DNA of 64,000 nucleotides from assembly GCF_963921235.1 (NCBI RefSeq), contig NC_086109.1, forward strand, positions 34,722,001-34,786,000. Direction: 5' to 3'. Origin of the DNA: Mobula hypostoma. Its lineage: Eukaryota. The stretch's first letter is position 1. Each line of letters begins with the position of its first letter. This document shows, piece after piece, positions 63,438-64,000 of this stretch. The notes beneath the pieces were generated by a model that saw nothing but the letters and a program-made list of their open reading frames with translations, searched no databases and had not been told where the DNA came from. A program made the position numbers and the translations under genes.

Positions 63438-64000
63438 TGATTTCTCCACATATGTTGATGTTCCCATTGAACTTCTTGAAGAAAAGCAGAGAGTTTGCTA
63501 GTTTATTAACCAATATTTAGCTTTCAATCAACAACTCTTTAAAATTAAAACATAGTTTGATCATTATATAAATGTACTTGTGCTCTTGTGCTCACGGGCC
63601 ACCGTATTTCTAACATTATAACAATGCTGCAAAAAAAAGTGCTTTATTGATTTTGAAGTGTTTTCATATCCCCAAGAATATGAAGCATGCTTTATAAATT
63701 CAATCTTTTATTTTACTAGACTGCTCCTAGGGCTCTTAACCTTGAGGAATATGTTAAGAAAGTATTGAAAGTGAATTTGGAGGGCTTCTGATTAGTTTGG
63801 AGCATCTATGCCCCTTTCTCACACAGGTTTGATGCCACAAATTTGGCTGAACTCTGTCTGTAATTGTTTGTAAGTTCAAATGCTGTGAAGTCTAGAACTG
63901 ATCTTTTGTCATGCTTTGTTGATAGTTGTATCTTTATGCGGAACTGGAAAATAACGTCCTTGAAATTATAAGAAGAAAATAGGATAGGCATGCAAAAGTT

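Overview
This is eukaryotic, repeat-rich vertebrate genomic DNA with no recognisable host protein-coding exon, RNA gene or CRISPR array. The repeat set (CR1/HER1-like LINEs, HE1-like V-SINEs, Deu-core SINEs, Rex1/Babar LINEs, Penelope-like elements) points to a cartilaginous fish, probably a ray; this is an inference. All long ORFs are transposon-derived or antisense shadows of transposons. Main contents: (1) three near-identical young + strand CR1 copies, one with an almost complete but disabled EN-RT ORF2 that is nested inside a decayed Penelope-like RT element; (2) a previously hidden decayed mini LTR element with two LTRs, a tRNA-Ser PBS, a PPT and a 5-bp TSD; (3) a Buster-type hAT transposon with TIRs and an nnnTAnnn TSD; (4) several Rex1/Babar relics, including a CpG-rich 0.74-kb doubly internally deleted derivative; (5) a CpG-retaining unique stretch of about 4.3 kb. 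The most striking signal is about 12 dispersed Penelope-terminus elements that carry a minimal type I hammerhead ribozyme motif, several arranged as fold-back pairs. Family assignments come from motif recognition by eye, not database searches, and many boundaries are approximate.
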